From Planctomycetota bacterium (GTDB lineage Bacteria; Planctomycetota; SZUA-567; H5-PLA8), in NCBI GenBank assembly GCA_016200135.1, contig JACQFI010000048.1:5151-69150 (forward strand): a DNA stretch of 64,000 bases, written 5' to 3'. Made by a program: the position numbers and the translations under genes. Each line of letters starts with the position of its first letter. Within the stretch, counting starts at the first letter, position 1. The notes beneath the pieces are model-generated. The model was not told where the DNA came from and searched no databases. It saw only the letters and a list, made by a program, of their open reading frames with translations. Below, in pieces: positions 1-9,135 of this stretch.

Positions 1-1
1 T

Positions 2-1435
2 GACGGCACGCGGCTGCTCTCGATTCAAGAGATCAAGGCCAACCTCGGCACGGTCGCCAAGTTCAACTACAAGCCCGAGCGCCAGCGCGGTTGGCGCATC
101 GGCGGGCTGTACGACACCGACCCGGATGTGTACGCCGGGTTCAAGACGGTGAAGTACGAGTTCGGCTACGACGGCCCGCCGCCGCTGGTCCACCTGCGTT
201 CGGGCGAGACCCTGCGCCGCTATCCCGCGCCGGGGCTCGAGGACGGCAAGACGTTCGTCTTTTGGGGCATGAATTACATGTGCAAGGGCGCGAGGGACGC
301 CGGACCGGTCCCCGGCCCCGAACGCAGCCGCGCGTGGGTAAACCAGCCGGAGAAGATGTTCCAGAGCAAAATCGGCTCGAAGTGGATTCCCGGACAGTCG
401 CGCTACGGCAACGCGGTCTACACCTACATCCCCGACTTCAAGAGCGGCTCGTACAAGGAAGGCGTGATCGGCGAAGACGAGAAGCAGGTCACGTTCGAGT
501 TCCACTCGCCGTACGTGATCGCCTGCACCCCGGCGGTGCTGGAGAACGAGACCAAGACGAACAAGCTGCGCGTCTACGACGCCGGAGGTAAAAATGGACT
601 CACGATCCGAGGCAAGATCGGCTGTCCCGTCAAGGTCTCCATCGACTGCGGCAAGACTTGGCACGACGCGCCCGCGGCCTCCAATGGCGATCCGCTGGAC
701 CTCACCGATATCGTGAAGGGTACGTGCCAGTACTGGCTGCGCTTCGAGGCGCCCGCGAAGGACCTGGCCGGCTCTGGGATCACGATCACCACCATCTGCC
801 AGTGCGCGCAGGCGATCGTGCCGCATCTGAAAGACGGCGAGAACAAAGTCACGTTCAACGCGAGCGGGCTCGCGTACGTCTCCGCCGGACCCAACGCGCC
901 GCAAGCCGAGGCGCACCTCGCCGACGGCAAGCTCGGCAGCCCCGCGTTGACGCTGGAACTCGCCACGCCACGCAAGGAACCGGCGGTGCGCTTATACGCC
1001 GTCGCGCAGGTGGACTCCGGCACCGCGCCAAGCGAGGAGGTGCTCTACCAGATCGAATGCTCCACGGACGGCGGCAAGGCGTGGAAGCCCGTGGTGAAGG
1101 ACTGGAAGGTCCAGCGCCGCGCGCCGGGCGCGGAGGAGACCTGGAGCAATACCTTCTGCTTTGGCGACTGCGAACTCGACGGCATCACCGGTCCGGTGCG
1201 CGTGCGCTTCAGCAATAGCGGAAACAAGGCGTACATCCGCGCCGAGGCGCATCTCGTCTACAAGACCGAGAAGAACGGGCCCGTGGAGGTGACGTTTGCG
1301 TGGAAGGAGAACGGCGGCGAGTTGAAGAAGGAGCGCCATACCTACAGCGCCGCGGCGGGGAAGGACGACATGTCCTGGACGTTGAAGACCGGCGAGAAGA
1401 CCGAGACGGTGTGGGTGGAGTACGCGGCGAAATAG
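2..1435 (+). CDS. Hypothetical protein, 5'-truncated by window edge
   Basis: Frame of the 128..1435 ORF is open back to position 2; strong GC3 codon bias; no recognisable family. Confidence 0.75.
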   Translation, partial: DGTRLLSIQEIKANLGTVAKFNYKPERQRGWRIGGLYDTDPDVYAGFKTVKYEFGYDGPPPLVHLRSGETLRRYPAPGLEDGKTFVFWGMNYMCKGARDAGPVPGPERSRAWVNQPEKMFQSKIGSKWIPGQSRYGNAVYTYIPDFKSGSYKEGVIGEDEKQVTFEFHSPYVIACTPAVLENETKTNKLRVYDAGGKNGLTIRGKIGCPVKVSIDCGKTWHDAPAASNGDPLDLTDIVKGTCQYWLRFEAPAKDLAGSGITITTICQCAQAIVPHLKDGENKVTFNASGLAYVSAGPNAPQAEAHLADGKLGSPALTLELATPRKEPAVRLYAVAQVDSGTAPSEEVLYQIECSTDGGKAWKPVVKDWKVQRRAPGAEETWSNTFCFGDCELDGITGPVRVRFSNSGNKAYIRAEAHLVYKTEKNGPVEVTFAWKENGGELKKERHTYSAAAGKDDMSWTLKTGEKTETVWVEYAAK

Positions 1436-1451
1436 TTTGGGCGGGCCTGTT

Positions 1452-2024
1452 TCACGTTTCCGCTTCTGAATCAAGTTTCAAGTTATAGAGAAACTCGCGG
1501 ACCATTTTCGAACAGTCGCTGCGGATCTGCTCCGGCGTCCACATCTGCTTCAGCCCGAGTTGGGGCTCACTGGTCAGGATTCGGCATTCACTGGGCTCCA
1601 GGACCAGCCGGGTCATCGCCTCGACGATCTCTTCGCCGGGCACTTCGCGGCACAGCCGCGCCCAGACCAAAGCTTTGATCATCCGCGCGTCCGGGCTGCC
1701 CGAGCGGTCCAGCAAGGCCATCAGACTGAAATGATGGATCGCGCGCTGCCGCGGGTCAACCACCTGGCCTGCGCGCCAGCGCTCAAGCGCGCCTCGCCAG
1801 CGATTCAGTTGGCGCTGGCGATTGCGCTTGCAGGCATCGAAGAAGGCGCTGAAGTCGTCGGAATCGTCCGCATCGTCGTCGCTCCCATCGTATTGCGGCT
1901 GTGGAGGAGGCGTATCCCTGGAGAACTCAGGCGACGAACCGCCTTCGGAACTCAGGCCGTCCGGCAAGAGCATCGTGGAAAGCGCAAGTACGGCCGCGTG
2001 GATGAAGCCTCGCCTGGTATTCAT
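1452..2024 (-). CDS. Hypothetical protein with twin-arginine-like signal peptide
   Basis: N-terminus MNTRRGFIHAAVLAL; acidic linker. Confidence 0.6.
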   Translation of the reverse strand: MNTRRGFIHAAVLALSTMLLPDGLSSEGGSSPEFSRDTPPPQPQYDGSDDDADDSDDFSAFFDACKRNRQRQLNRWRGALERWRAGQVVDPRQRAIHHFSLMALLDRSGSPDARMIKALVWARLCREVPGEEIVEAMTRLVLEPSECRILTSEPQLGLKQMWTPEQIRSDCSKMVREFLYNLKLDSEAET

Positions 2025-2155
2025 GCATGCCCATCCCCATAGCTATGTCTGGAGGACGCGCGGGATATTCCGGGGCTTCAAGATAATTCGGGCGCGTTTC
2101 CCTGAACCGCGGCATGCGGCAATTTTAAAAACGGGGGTAAACGGAAGTGGCGGAA

Positions 2156-3052
2156 TTACGGCTTGGGATCGGTGAGTTCGAGCTTGGCGATGATATTTCC
2201 TGCCGCCGTGAATAGTTTTTTTTCGCCGTCGTAGACATCGTACTGAAAACGCATGCCCAAGTCGCCCGCGACCCAGGAGCGGAGTTCCGCGTCCCAGATT
2301 TGAGTACCCGCGATCTCGAACTTGGCTCCGCGGATCTCCGTGGCGGCGTTGGCCAGTTTGTAGGCGTCCGCGGAGGCCGCGCCTTCCACCTTCACGGCAA
2401 TGCGGCCGGGGCGCGTGTTGTCCTTGCCCGCATCGGTCTTCTCGAACTTCCACGCGCCTTTCGCAAACCCGCCCTTGCCCATGCTGACTTCCTTTTCTTC
2501 TTCCCACGCGCGGTTCTTCTCGTCGTAGGCCGAGAGAAAGAGCCGCATGTTCGCGGCCATGCCGTTATGTATGAGCGTCTTCGCGTTGGGCTTCTCGCTG
2601 ACGGTGCGTTTGGTCTCGCGGCCTTGGCCGTCGATTTCAAGACTGATGAGCGGCGCCGAAAAGTAGTCTTGAAGCATCTCCTTCAGTCCCGCCTCCGCTT
2701 CTTTAACGTTGGTCTCGATCAGGTTGCCGTCGCGGTCTTTAGTGGCGTACTTCGCCTTGCTCATATCGGCGTACTGGACGATCTGGCCGTCGAGTTTGGT
2801 CTGCGTAAAGATCGCGGCGCAGGTGTAGTCGACCTTGGCGCCAACGGCCGCGGTCTGAAAACTTAATACGGTATCGGCCTCGGACTTCTTTTCGCCCTCG
2901 CCCGAGTTCATGGCGGTGTTGGAGACGAGGCTGAGCTTATACGCCCGGACCACGGGCTTGGGTTCTTCGGCGCGGGCCGCCGGCGCTAGTACGGAAAAAA
3001 TCGCAGCCAGCACCCCAACGCCGGCCCGGAAGAATCGCACGCGCATCGCCAT
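2156..3052 (-). CDS. Hypothetical secreted protein
   Basis: Signal peptide MAMRVRFFRAGVGVLAAIFSVLAPAARA-EE; start chosen at ATG 3052. Confidence 0.7.
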   Translation of the reverse strand: MAMRVRFFRAGVGVLAAIFSVLAPAARAEEPKPVVRAYKLSLVSNTAMNSGEGEKKSEADTVLSFQTAAVGAKVDYTCAAIFTQTKLDGQIVQYADMSKAKYATKDRDGNLIETNVKEAEAGLKEMLQDYFSAPLISLEIDGQGRETKRTVSEKPNAKTLIHNGMAANMRLFLSAYDEKNRAWEEEKEVSMGKGGFAKGAWKFEKTDAGKDNTRPGRIAVKVEGAASADAYKLANAATEIRGAKFEIAGTQIWDAELRSWVAGDLGMRFQYDVYDGEKKLFTAAGNIIAKLELTDPKP

Positions 3053-3239
3053 AACCCTCGTGAGATTGGACGCGCCACAGGTTAGCCGTAAGCTAGGGGG
3101 GCTCCAAGCGTGAAAAGCAGCCAGACAAGCTGCACACCAAATAATTGAATTCTCAACGTTTATGAGGTTAAATATTTCCAACTATTCGATCTCCACCGCT
3201 TGGCGCACCCTTCGAACCCACTATGGAACCGGACGCTGG

Positions 3240-5159
3240 ATGAGCGAGACCATTCAACCTCAGCGCGCGCCCGTAAAGCCGCGCACCTACATCCCCGAAC
3301 TCAAGGGCTGCGTCTCGATTGAGGACGAAGTCCTGTCGCTCGTGCGGCAGGGACGGACGGGCCTTGTTGCCATCACAGGACCTGCAGGCAGCGGCAAGAC
3401 TACGGCCTTGCGGCATCTTGCATACGTGCTGCAAGACGAAGCGGGCATTTACTTCGACTCCCTTTCCGACCACGACGAACTGCTCCATCGGGCGGCTTCG
3501 GAACTCGTAGTTTATGGCAACCAAAGCCCATATCCAAGAATTCATATGGCTAAATTTACGCTCGCGCCGTGGTCCAGCGACGACTTCATCGAGTACCTCC
3601 TCGCCGAGCATCGCAGCCAATGCACGTCGGTGATGAAGCGCGTGGCGCTGCTCGAAGACCCCGGAGCGCTGCACGGTCTCCCGCTGCTCTGGCGCGTGGT
3701 GCTCGACGAGATGGCCACGGACGAGAATATATTTGACGCGGGATTTGCTTTGCGAAGGCAAATTACTCGCGAACTCCCGCCAGACGACTTCGAGACTGCG
3801 AGGCTGTCCAGCCTCGCAGAATTGGTGCTTGATGATATGTACCTTGCAAGCACGCGGCTTCACGAGCGCGACAAGGCCGTACAATTTCTGGCGAAGGCAT
3901 CCCGCAAGGTAATCGAGCACACGAAAAACTTCACGTGCTCTCTGCTCGCGCATGAGTTCGTTCGGCTGACATTGGCCGCGGAGTATCTGTCGGAATGCCT
4001 GCAACAAAAACGTCCCGAGCCCTTCCTTGCGTTCCAGTTGCCATACGAGCTAGTTTCAGCCGTTGCGCGAATTCTGGAGAACGACCGCGAAGCGCACATG
4101 CAACTTACCGGCATCGCATCGCTCCAAGATAGCCCTCTTAGTGCCATGGCTGCCAGTATCCTTCACGCGGCAGGTATGGGCTTGCAGCCCAATGCAGAAA
4201 AGCCGGCGAGGCTCAACGGGGCCTACCTGCCAGGCGTCAAATGGCCTGGAGCGCAATGCTCTGAAATTCAACTGCGCTATGCCCTTCTGAACGAAGCGGA
4301 TTTGCATGAAGCACGCTTGAACAAGGCCAAGATGACCGGGGCTTCTTTGGAGCGCGCGAATCTTGTCGAGGCGTCCCTTGAAAATGCTGTATTTAATAAA
4401 TCCGACCTGACTAACGCCGACCTCTCTTTTTCAAAGGCTACATTTGCAAACTTTGTTCAATCCGACCTCAAAGGCGCCAAGTTTCGACATGCAAACCTGA
4501 ATCAAGCTAACTTCCTAAATGCCGATCTTCGAGGAGCGTCTTTTGAACATGCCGATCTGTCGCGGGCGCTCCTTAATAGGGCCAAACTCCAAGGCGCTGA
4601 TTTCTCCCATGCAAATCTTCAAATGGCCCAACTAGTCAGACAAATGCTGCGTGAAACAATTTTTCGGGGAACTCGATTCTCACAGGCGGACCTTTCCGAG
4701 TCGGATCTTGAAGGAATGTCTCTACCGGGTGTCGACTTCGAGGGCGCGAAGCTTATCGGAGCACGCCTTACGGCCACTCTGATACCGCATGCGAATTTCC
4801 GCAATGCGGACCTGCGCAATACCGGCTTGGCGCATGTCTCGTGGGAACGCGCCGATTTGCGCGGAGTCAACCTAACCGGGGCGACCTTCCACATGGGCAA
4901 TTCGCGCAGCGGGCTTGTCTTCAGCCCCATCGCGATGGAAGGCAGCAAGACGGGATTCTATACCGACGAGTTTACCGAGCAGGGCTTCAAAGCGCCGGAG
5001 CAGATCCGCAAGGCCAACCTGCGCTGCGCGGACCTACGTGGCGCGAAATTCGAAGGCGTGGACTTCTACCTGGTCGACCTGCGCGACGCGCTGCTGGACG
5101 AAGAACAACGAACGTATTTGCGCGGCTGCGGAGCCATCCTCGAACATCGCGTAGCCTGA
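3240..5159 (+). CDS. Pentapeptide-repeat protein with N-terminal P-loop (NACHT/STAND-like) region
   Basis: Walker A GPAGSGKT; long run of A(D/N)LxxA repeats in the C-terminal half. Confidence 0.85.
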   Translation: MSETIQPQRAPVKPRTYIPELKGCVSIEDEVLSLVRQGRTGLVAITGPAGSGKTTALRHLAYVLQDEAGIYFDSLSDHDELLHRAASELVVYGNQSPYPRIHMAKFTLAPWSSDDFIEYLLAEHRSQCTSVMKRVALLEDPGALHGLPLLWRVVLDEMATDENIFDAGFALRRQITRELPPDDFETARLSSLAELVLDDMYLASTRLHERDKAVQFLAKASRKVIEHTKNFTCSLLAHEFVRLTLAAEYLSECLQQKRPEPFLAFQLPYELVSAVARILENDREAHMQLTGIASLQDSPLSAMAASILHAAGMGLQPNAEKPARLNGAYLPGVKWPGAQCSEIQLRYALLNEADLHEARLNKAKMTGASLERANLVEASLENAVFNKSDLTNADLSFSKATFANFVQSDLKGAKFRHANLNQANFLNADLRGASFEHADLSRALLNRAKLQGADFSHANLQMAQLVRQMLRETIFRGTRFSQADLSESDLEGMSLPGVDFEGAKLIGARLTATLIPHANFRNADLRNTGLAHVSWERADLRGVNLTGATFHMGNSRSGLVFSPIAMEGSKTGFYTDEFTEQGFKAPEQIRKANLRCADLRGAKFEGVDFYLVDLRDALLDEEQRTYLRGCGAILEHRVA

Positions 5160-5256
5160 TTCCTGCTCCCGCTTCTTAACGGCTTCCCGTGCGGCGCCAC
5201 GCGTCCCTCGGCATCTCATCGTGAATCCTGGGGCCCGTTCGCGTAGGATGCGCGGC

Positions 5257-5994
5257 ATGCGAGCCCTTGCCGCGCCGTTCTTCTGGTTGCTGCTATCGGC
5301 CATTGTGTTGCTGGCCATCGGCGGGCCGCGCGTGTTCTCACCCGAACCGGTCGCCGCGCCGGCCCAAAAGGCCCCGAAGGCGGCGCCAGCGGCCATGGAC
5401 CTGCGCGCGTTTCTCGAGCGCGGTCCCGCTTGCTTTACGTGGAACGAGATGGCCGGCGAGACACCGGTCGAGCATTACGGCGGACTGATCTTCGTGCTGC
5501 GCGGCGAGAAGATCTACAGCAGCGCCTGGTATTCAAAAGCAAAGTACGCGCGGGCGTGGCCGCTGGTCTCCGGCATTGGAACGATCGACGGCGAGACGCT
5601 CTTCATCGCCTATCGCAACGCCATGGGCGATCCGAACCACGAGTTCTACCATGCGGCGTGCCTGTTCACGTTCGACCCGGTCACGCACGCGTTCCACTGC
5701 GAGTACATGCAGAAGGCCGAGCCCAACGGCCCGCGCGTGCCGGGCATGGCGCGAGGCGCGTACGTCGAACATCCGGGGGCTGACTTCCAGATGTACCTCT
5801 CGGCCATCTTGATGAAAGCGGACTCACCGCCGGTGGTCGCGGCCGAGCACCCCTGCCCGGTGCTCAGCCATAATCAAGGCAAGCCCGAACATGCGCTGAT
5901 CTACGAGGAAAAGGAGTACCGCTTCTGCTGCAAAGCCTGCATGGAAGTCTTTCAAACGCGACCGGAGGTTTTTGCGCGCCGAGATGAAAAGTAG
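5257..5994 (+). CDS. Membrane-anchored/secreted protein with C-terminal YHS domain
   Basis: N-terminal hydrophobic helix; CPV...YEEKEYRFCCKACMEVF motif. Confidence 0.7.
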   Translation: MRALAAPFFWLLLSAIVLLAIGGPRVFSPEPVAAPAQKAPKAAPAAMDLRAFLERGPACFTWNEMAGETPVEHYGGLIFVLRGEKIYSSAWYSKAKYARAWPLVSGIGTIDGETLFIAYRNAMGDPNHEFYHAACLFTFDPVTHAFHCEYMQKAEPNGPRVPGMARGAYVEHPGADFQMYLSAILMKADSPPVVAAEHPCPVLSHNQGKPEHALIYEEKEYRFCCKACMEVFQTRPEVFARRDEK

Positions 5995-6003
5995 CCGCAC
6001 GCG

Positions 6004-7956
6004 CTACTGCTCGGGCGGCGCTGCTTCTTCGAGCGAGAACCGGATCTGCGCCGGCGCGCCTGGCCCCGCCTTGATCTTGAGCACTGGCAGCGAAGCCTCC
6101 GCCGACAGCGGCGCCGGGCCTTCCTCAGAGGAACTCGCGGCGAACACCGTCGCGAAGCGCCAGGACTTCACGCGCGGGCTAGCGAGCCGAAGCTCCCACT
6201 GGAACTGGCCCTTGTCGCTCAAGTCCGGCAGATCCTGGCGGCGTGCCGCGCTCGACACGTTTCCAGCCTGCCCGGCAATTGGAACCGAGAGAATGCTCAG
6301 GGCCGCTTTGCCTTGCGTGAATCCCAACGCGCCGCCCTTAAGCGCCTGGAACTCCGACGGCGTATGCCAGAGTTGCGTGAAGACGCGCGGCTCCTTGGCG
6401 GCCAGATCGTCGAGGACCACCAGCAGACCGGGGCGCAGATAATAGACGTGGCGGCGGAAGCGTTCGAGGCCCGCCTCGGCGACGTAAATCTTCGCCGCCT
6501 CCCCCACCCACGCGGCACTCGTGCCGTCGTCGCGGAACGAGAGCACCTCCGCGGTGCCGCCGAAATGGAGCACGCGGTTCACGTTGAACCATTTGGTGCC
6601 TTCGCCGAGCTGGCCGTGACCGTCCACCAGAATCGTGTTGTGGTGCTCGGTGCGCTTGAAGCCCTCGTAGCCCGGATCGGCGAGCAGGACTTCGCCGCGC
6701 GCATAGAGCTGAAGCGAGGCCGTGTCGGCATGGCAGTGCGCGCCGCCCAGGTCGCCGCTGCCGACGCGCATCGCCCGGTGGCCCTGATACGGTCCGCAGA
6801 GGAACGAGACGACCGTCGCATCCTCTTTCCAGGAAGAACGGGCGCAGACCAGGTCGAGGTCTTCGAAATGGCGCGCGGTGGGCTCGGGATCAAGCGGGGC
6901 TTCGGGCACGGCCGGATCGTAATAGAGGAGATCGAGAAAGAGCAGATTGCGCGAGTGGCCGACCTTGCGCCGCCAGAAACGCAATGCCTGCGCCTGCGCG
7001 ATGGGATCTTTAAAGCGCGTCGCCAGCGCGAAGAGGCTGTGCGCGGGTCCGTGCCAATCGAAGTGCGCGGGCGTGTCGCCCCAGCGCAGCGCGTTATGCA
7101 TCGGACGCGGATCCGGCAGCGTATTGTGCAGGAACCACTGCGCCGCTTTGGCGTCGGAGACGTTGTAGAGGTCCTCGCCATAGCAGCGCCGCGCGGACTC
7201 GTAGTACATCAGGCGGCGTTCGATGCCGTACGCGCCGTAGCTGGGGCCTTCCAGGTTCGTGCCGTCGGGCGGCTGGAGCCACGCGATGGTGCGGTAGATG
7301 CGTTGCGCCCACTGGGCCCATTCGGCGGCTTGCGGGATCTCGTCGTGAAAGGCCATGCCCGCGAGGCCGATGCCGGTCCACGCAACCTGGCAGTGGTTCT
7401 GGAGCAGAATCGAGGACCAGTAGCAGACCGGCGCGGCGGTGAGCGAGAAGAAACCGGTGCCGAAGGTGCGGGTGAACGCGACGATCTCGCGGCGCTCGGC
7501 GTCGGACCATTCCGCATGCAGCAGGTCGTAACTCCAGGCGAGCGTCGCCAGGGCGTGGGCAACGGAGAGATCGTGCGACGCGTCGTCCGCGTTGGCGCGC
7601 GCGAGCGCCAGGGTCGAATGCTTGGCGAATGCGAGCGCCTGCTTGTCGCCGGTAAGCACATACAGCAGCGCCGCGGGGCCCTGCCACGAAGAGTAATCGC
7701 GATTGTTGACGAGGCCGCCGGGCGCGGGCAGATGGTCTTCGGCGCGGCCCTTCTCCACGCGTTCGCGCAGCCGCACGAGCATCTCGGCTTCGGCCGGATC
7801 TTTGAGCCGTTTCTTGAGCGCGGCCAGTTCCTCGGGCGTGGTCAGTACGCGAGGCCGGCGCTTCGCGGCGGGCGTCCAGGTGATGGGCCGTGCGGGATCG
7901 GGGGGCACGGCCGGATGAGGATCGTTCCGTTCAATCACTGGACGCGTGGCTGGCAT
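6004..7956 (-). CDS. Heparinase II/III-like (DUF4962) lyase-family protein
   Basis: QNH, EGPSYGAY, ARSSW, HCHAD, DPGY, HNTILVDG motifs; start uncertain (7956 or 8004). Confidence 0.8.
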   Translation of the reverse strand: MPATRPVIERNDPHPAVPPDPARPITWTPAAKRRPRVLTTPEELAALKKRLKDPAEAEMLVRLRERVEKGRAEDHLPAPGGLVNNRDYSSWQGPAALLYVLTGDKQALAFAKHSTLALARANADDASHDLSVAHALATLAWSYDLLHAEWSDAERREIVAFTRTFGTGFFSLTAAPVCYWSSILLQNHCQVAWTGIGLAGMAFHDEIPQAAEWAQWAQRIYRTIAWLQPPDGTNLEGPSYGAYGIERRLMYYESARRCYGEDLYNVSDAKAAQWFLHNTLPDPRPMHNALRWGDTPAHFDWHGPAHSLFALATRFKDPIAQAQALRFWRRKVGHSRNLLFLDLLYYDPAVPEAPLDPEPTARHFEDLDLVCARSSWKEDATVVSFLCGPYQGHRAMRVGSGDLGGAHCHADTASLQLYARGEVLLADPGYEGFKRTEHHNTILVDGHGQLGEGTKWFNVNRVLHFGGTAEVLSFRDDGTSAAWVGEAAKIYVAEAGLERFRRHVYYLRPGLLVVLDDLAAKEPRVFTQLWHTPSEFQALKGGALGFTQGKAALSILSVPIAGQAGNVSSAARRQDLPDLSDKGQFQWELRLASPRVKSWRFATVFAASSSEEGPAPLSAEASLPVLKIKAGPGAPAQIRFSLEEAAPPEQ

Positions 7957-7975
7957 ACACTTGGCGCTCCGGGGT

Positions 7976-9109
7976 TCACTTGAGTTTGACGACGGCCTCG
8001 TCAATTACCGTCCCATCGTTCTGAATCAGCCGTAGGGTTGCTTCGTTGCCTTTCACCAGGACGTAGGCCAATTGTGCCGTGCCGTTGGTGAGCTGGAAGG
8101 CGGACCATTCGCTCTTGCCGTTGAAGGTTTTCTGAATTCCGCCGAAGGTGACGTTCATGGTGCCGAGAGGATCGAGCTTGCCTTCGCCGTCGATGAAGCT
8201 GGTGCGCTGGTAGAGGTGGTCGTGGCCGTTCAAGGCGAATTTTACGTTCTGCTTTTTGAAGATCGGCCAGAGCTGCTGCCGGCGCAGCACGCCTTCGGCG
8301 ATCTTCTTTCCACCTTCCTCGAACTCCTGGTGTCCGTGCGGCCCGTCGGAGAAGAAGATGTGATGGCAGGCGTAGAACTTCCACGGGCACTTGGTGTCGG
8401 TATAGGCTTTTTCGATGGCCTGCAGTTCCTCTTTTGAATACGGCTTCGAGTAACCGGGCACATCCTCCGCGCGGAGCATGACCGGCCCCCACTCCAAGCT
8501 GTAATCCAGGCTCGGGTCCGGGAAATCCAGGTACTTCTGAATCTGTTCTTTGTCGCGCGTGTACTTGGGGTCGTTGTCGTGGTTGCCTCGCGCGAGCATG
8601 ACCGGCACGCGCCCGACCCAATCCACGCTCTTTCCCCACAGGCGCCGGTTCGTGAGGTGGTCCCCGAGATCCACGAAGAAATCGACCTGCTTCTTGAGCT
8701 GCTCTTCGAGCTTTTTAATGCCTTCATCGGAAGGCATCGTGTAGTCGCCCCCGAAGAGAAACAGCACCTCCGCCGCGGAATCGGAAGGCGACGCTCGGAA
8801 TTTTGATTCAAATCCTGCGACATTATAGGGGTATTCGACGCTGGCCTTCAGGTCCGTAATTCGGAATTTATGGATGAACACCTTGGGTCCCAGTTCTTTA
8901 GAGTCCGTGGATTCGATCTTCCACGGGCTGGCCTTCTTCCCATCCCCATACGTTAATTGCATCTCTTTCTCTTCGCCGTCCATCACGACGCTAATCGTAA
9001 GCGCGTCGTGCGAGACGTTGGTAATGATCGGGGGACATTGGCGCTCCGCCGTGCTCGCCCCCACGCGCCAAACAAAGATCAGAAGAAGGATCGGACTGAG
9101 TCTGCGCAT
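7976..9109 (-). CDS. Secreted metallophosphoesterase (purple acid phosphatase-like)
   Basis: Signal peptide, Fn3-like N-terminus, GD / DLGDH / RGNHD / HH / GHDH motifs. Confidence 0.85.
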   Translation of the reverse strand: MRRLSPILLLIFVWRVGASTAERQCPPIITNVSHDALTISVVMDGEEKEMQLTYGDGKKASPWKIESTDSKELGPKVFIHKFRITDLKASVEYPYNVAGFESKFRASPSDSAAEVLFLFGGDYTMPSDEGIKKLEEQLKKQVDFFVDLGDHLTNRRLWGKSVDWVGRVPVMLARGNHDNDPKYTRDKEQIQKYLDFPDPSLDYSLEWGPVMLRAEDVPGYSKPYSKEELQAIEKAYTDTKCPWKFYACHHIFFSDGPHGHQEFEEGGKKIAEGVLRRQQLWPIFKKQNVKFALNGHDHLYQRTSFIDGEGKLDPLGTMNVTFGGIQKTFNGKSEWSAFQLTNGTAQLAYVLVKGNEATLRLIQNDGTVIDEAVVKLK

Positions 9110-9135
9110 TTCTTCTCCTCATAGGCCCCTAAACA

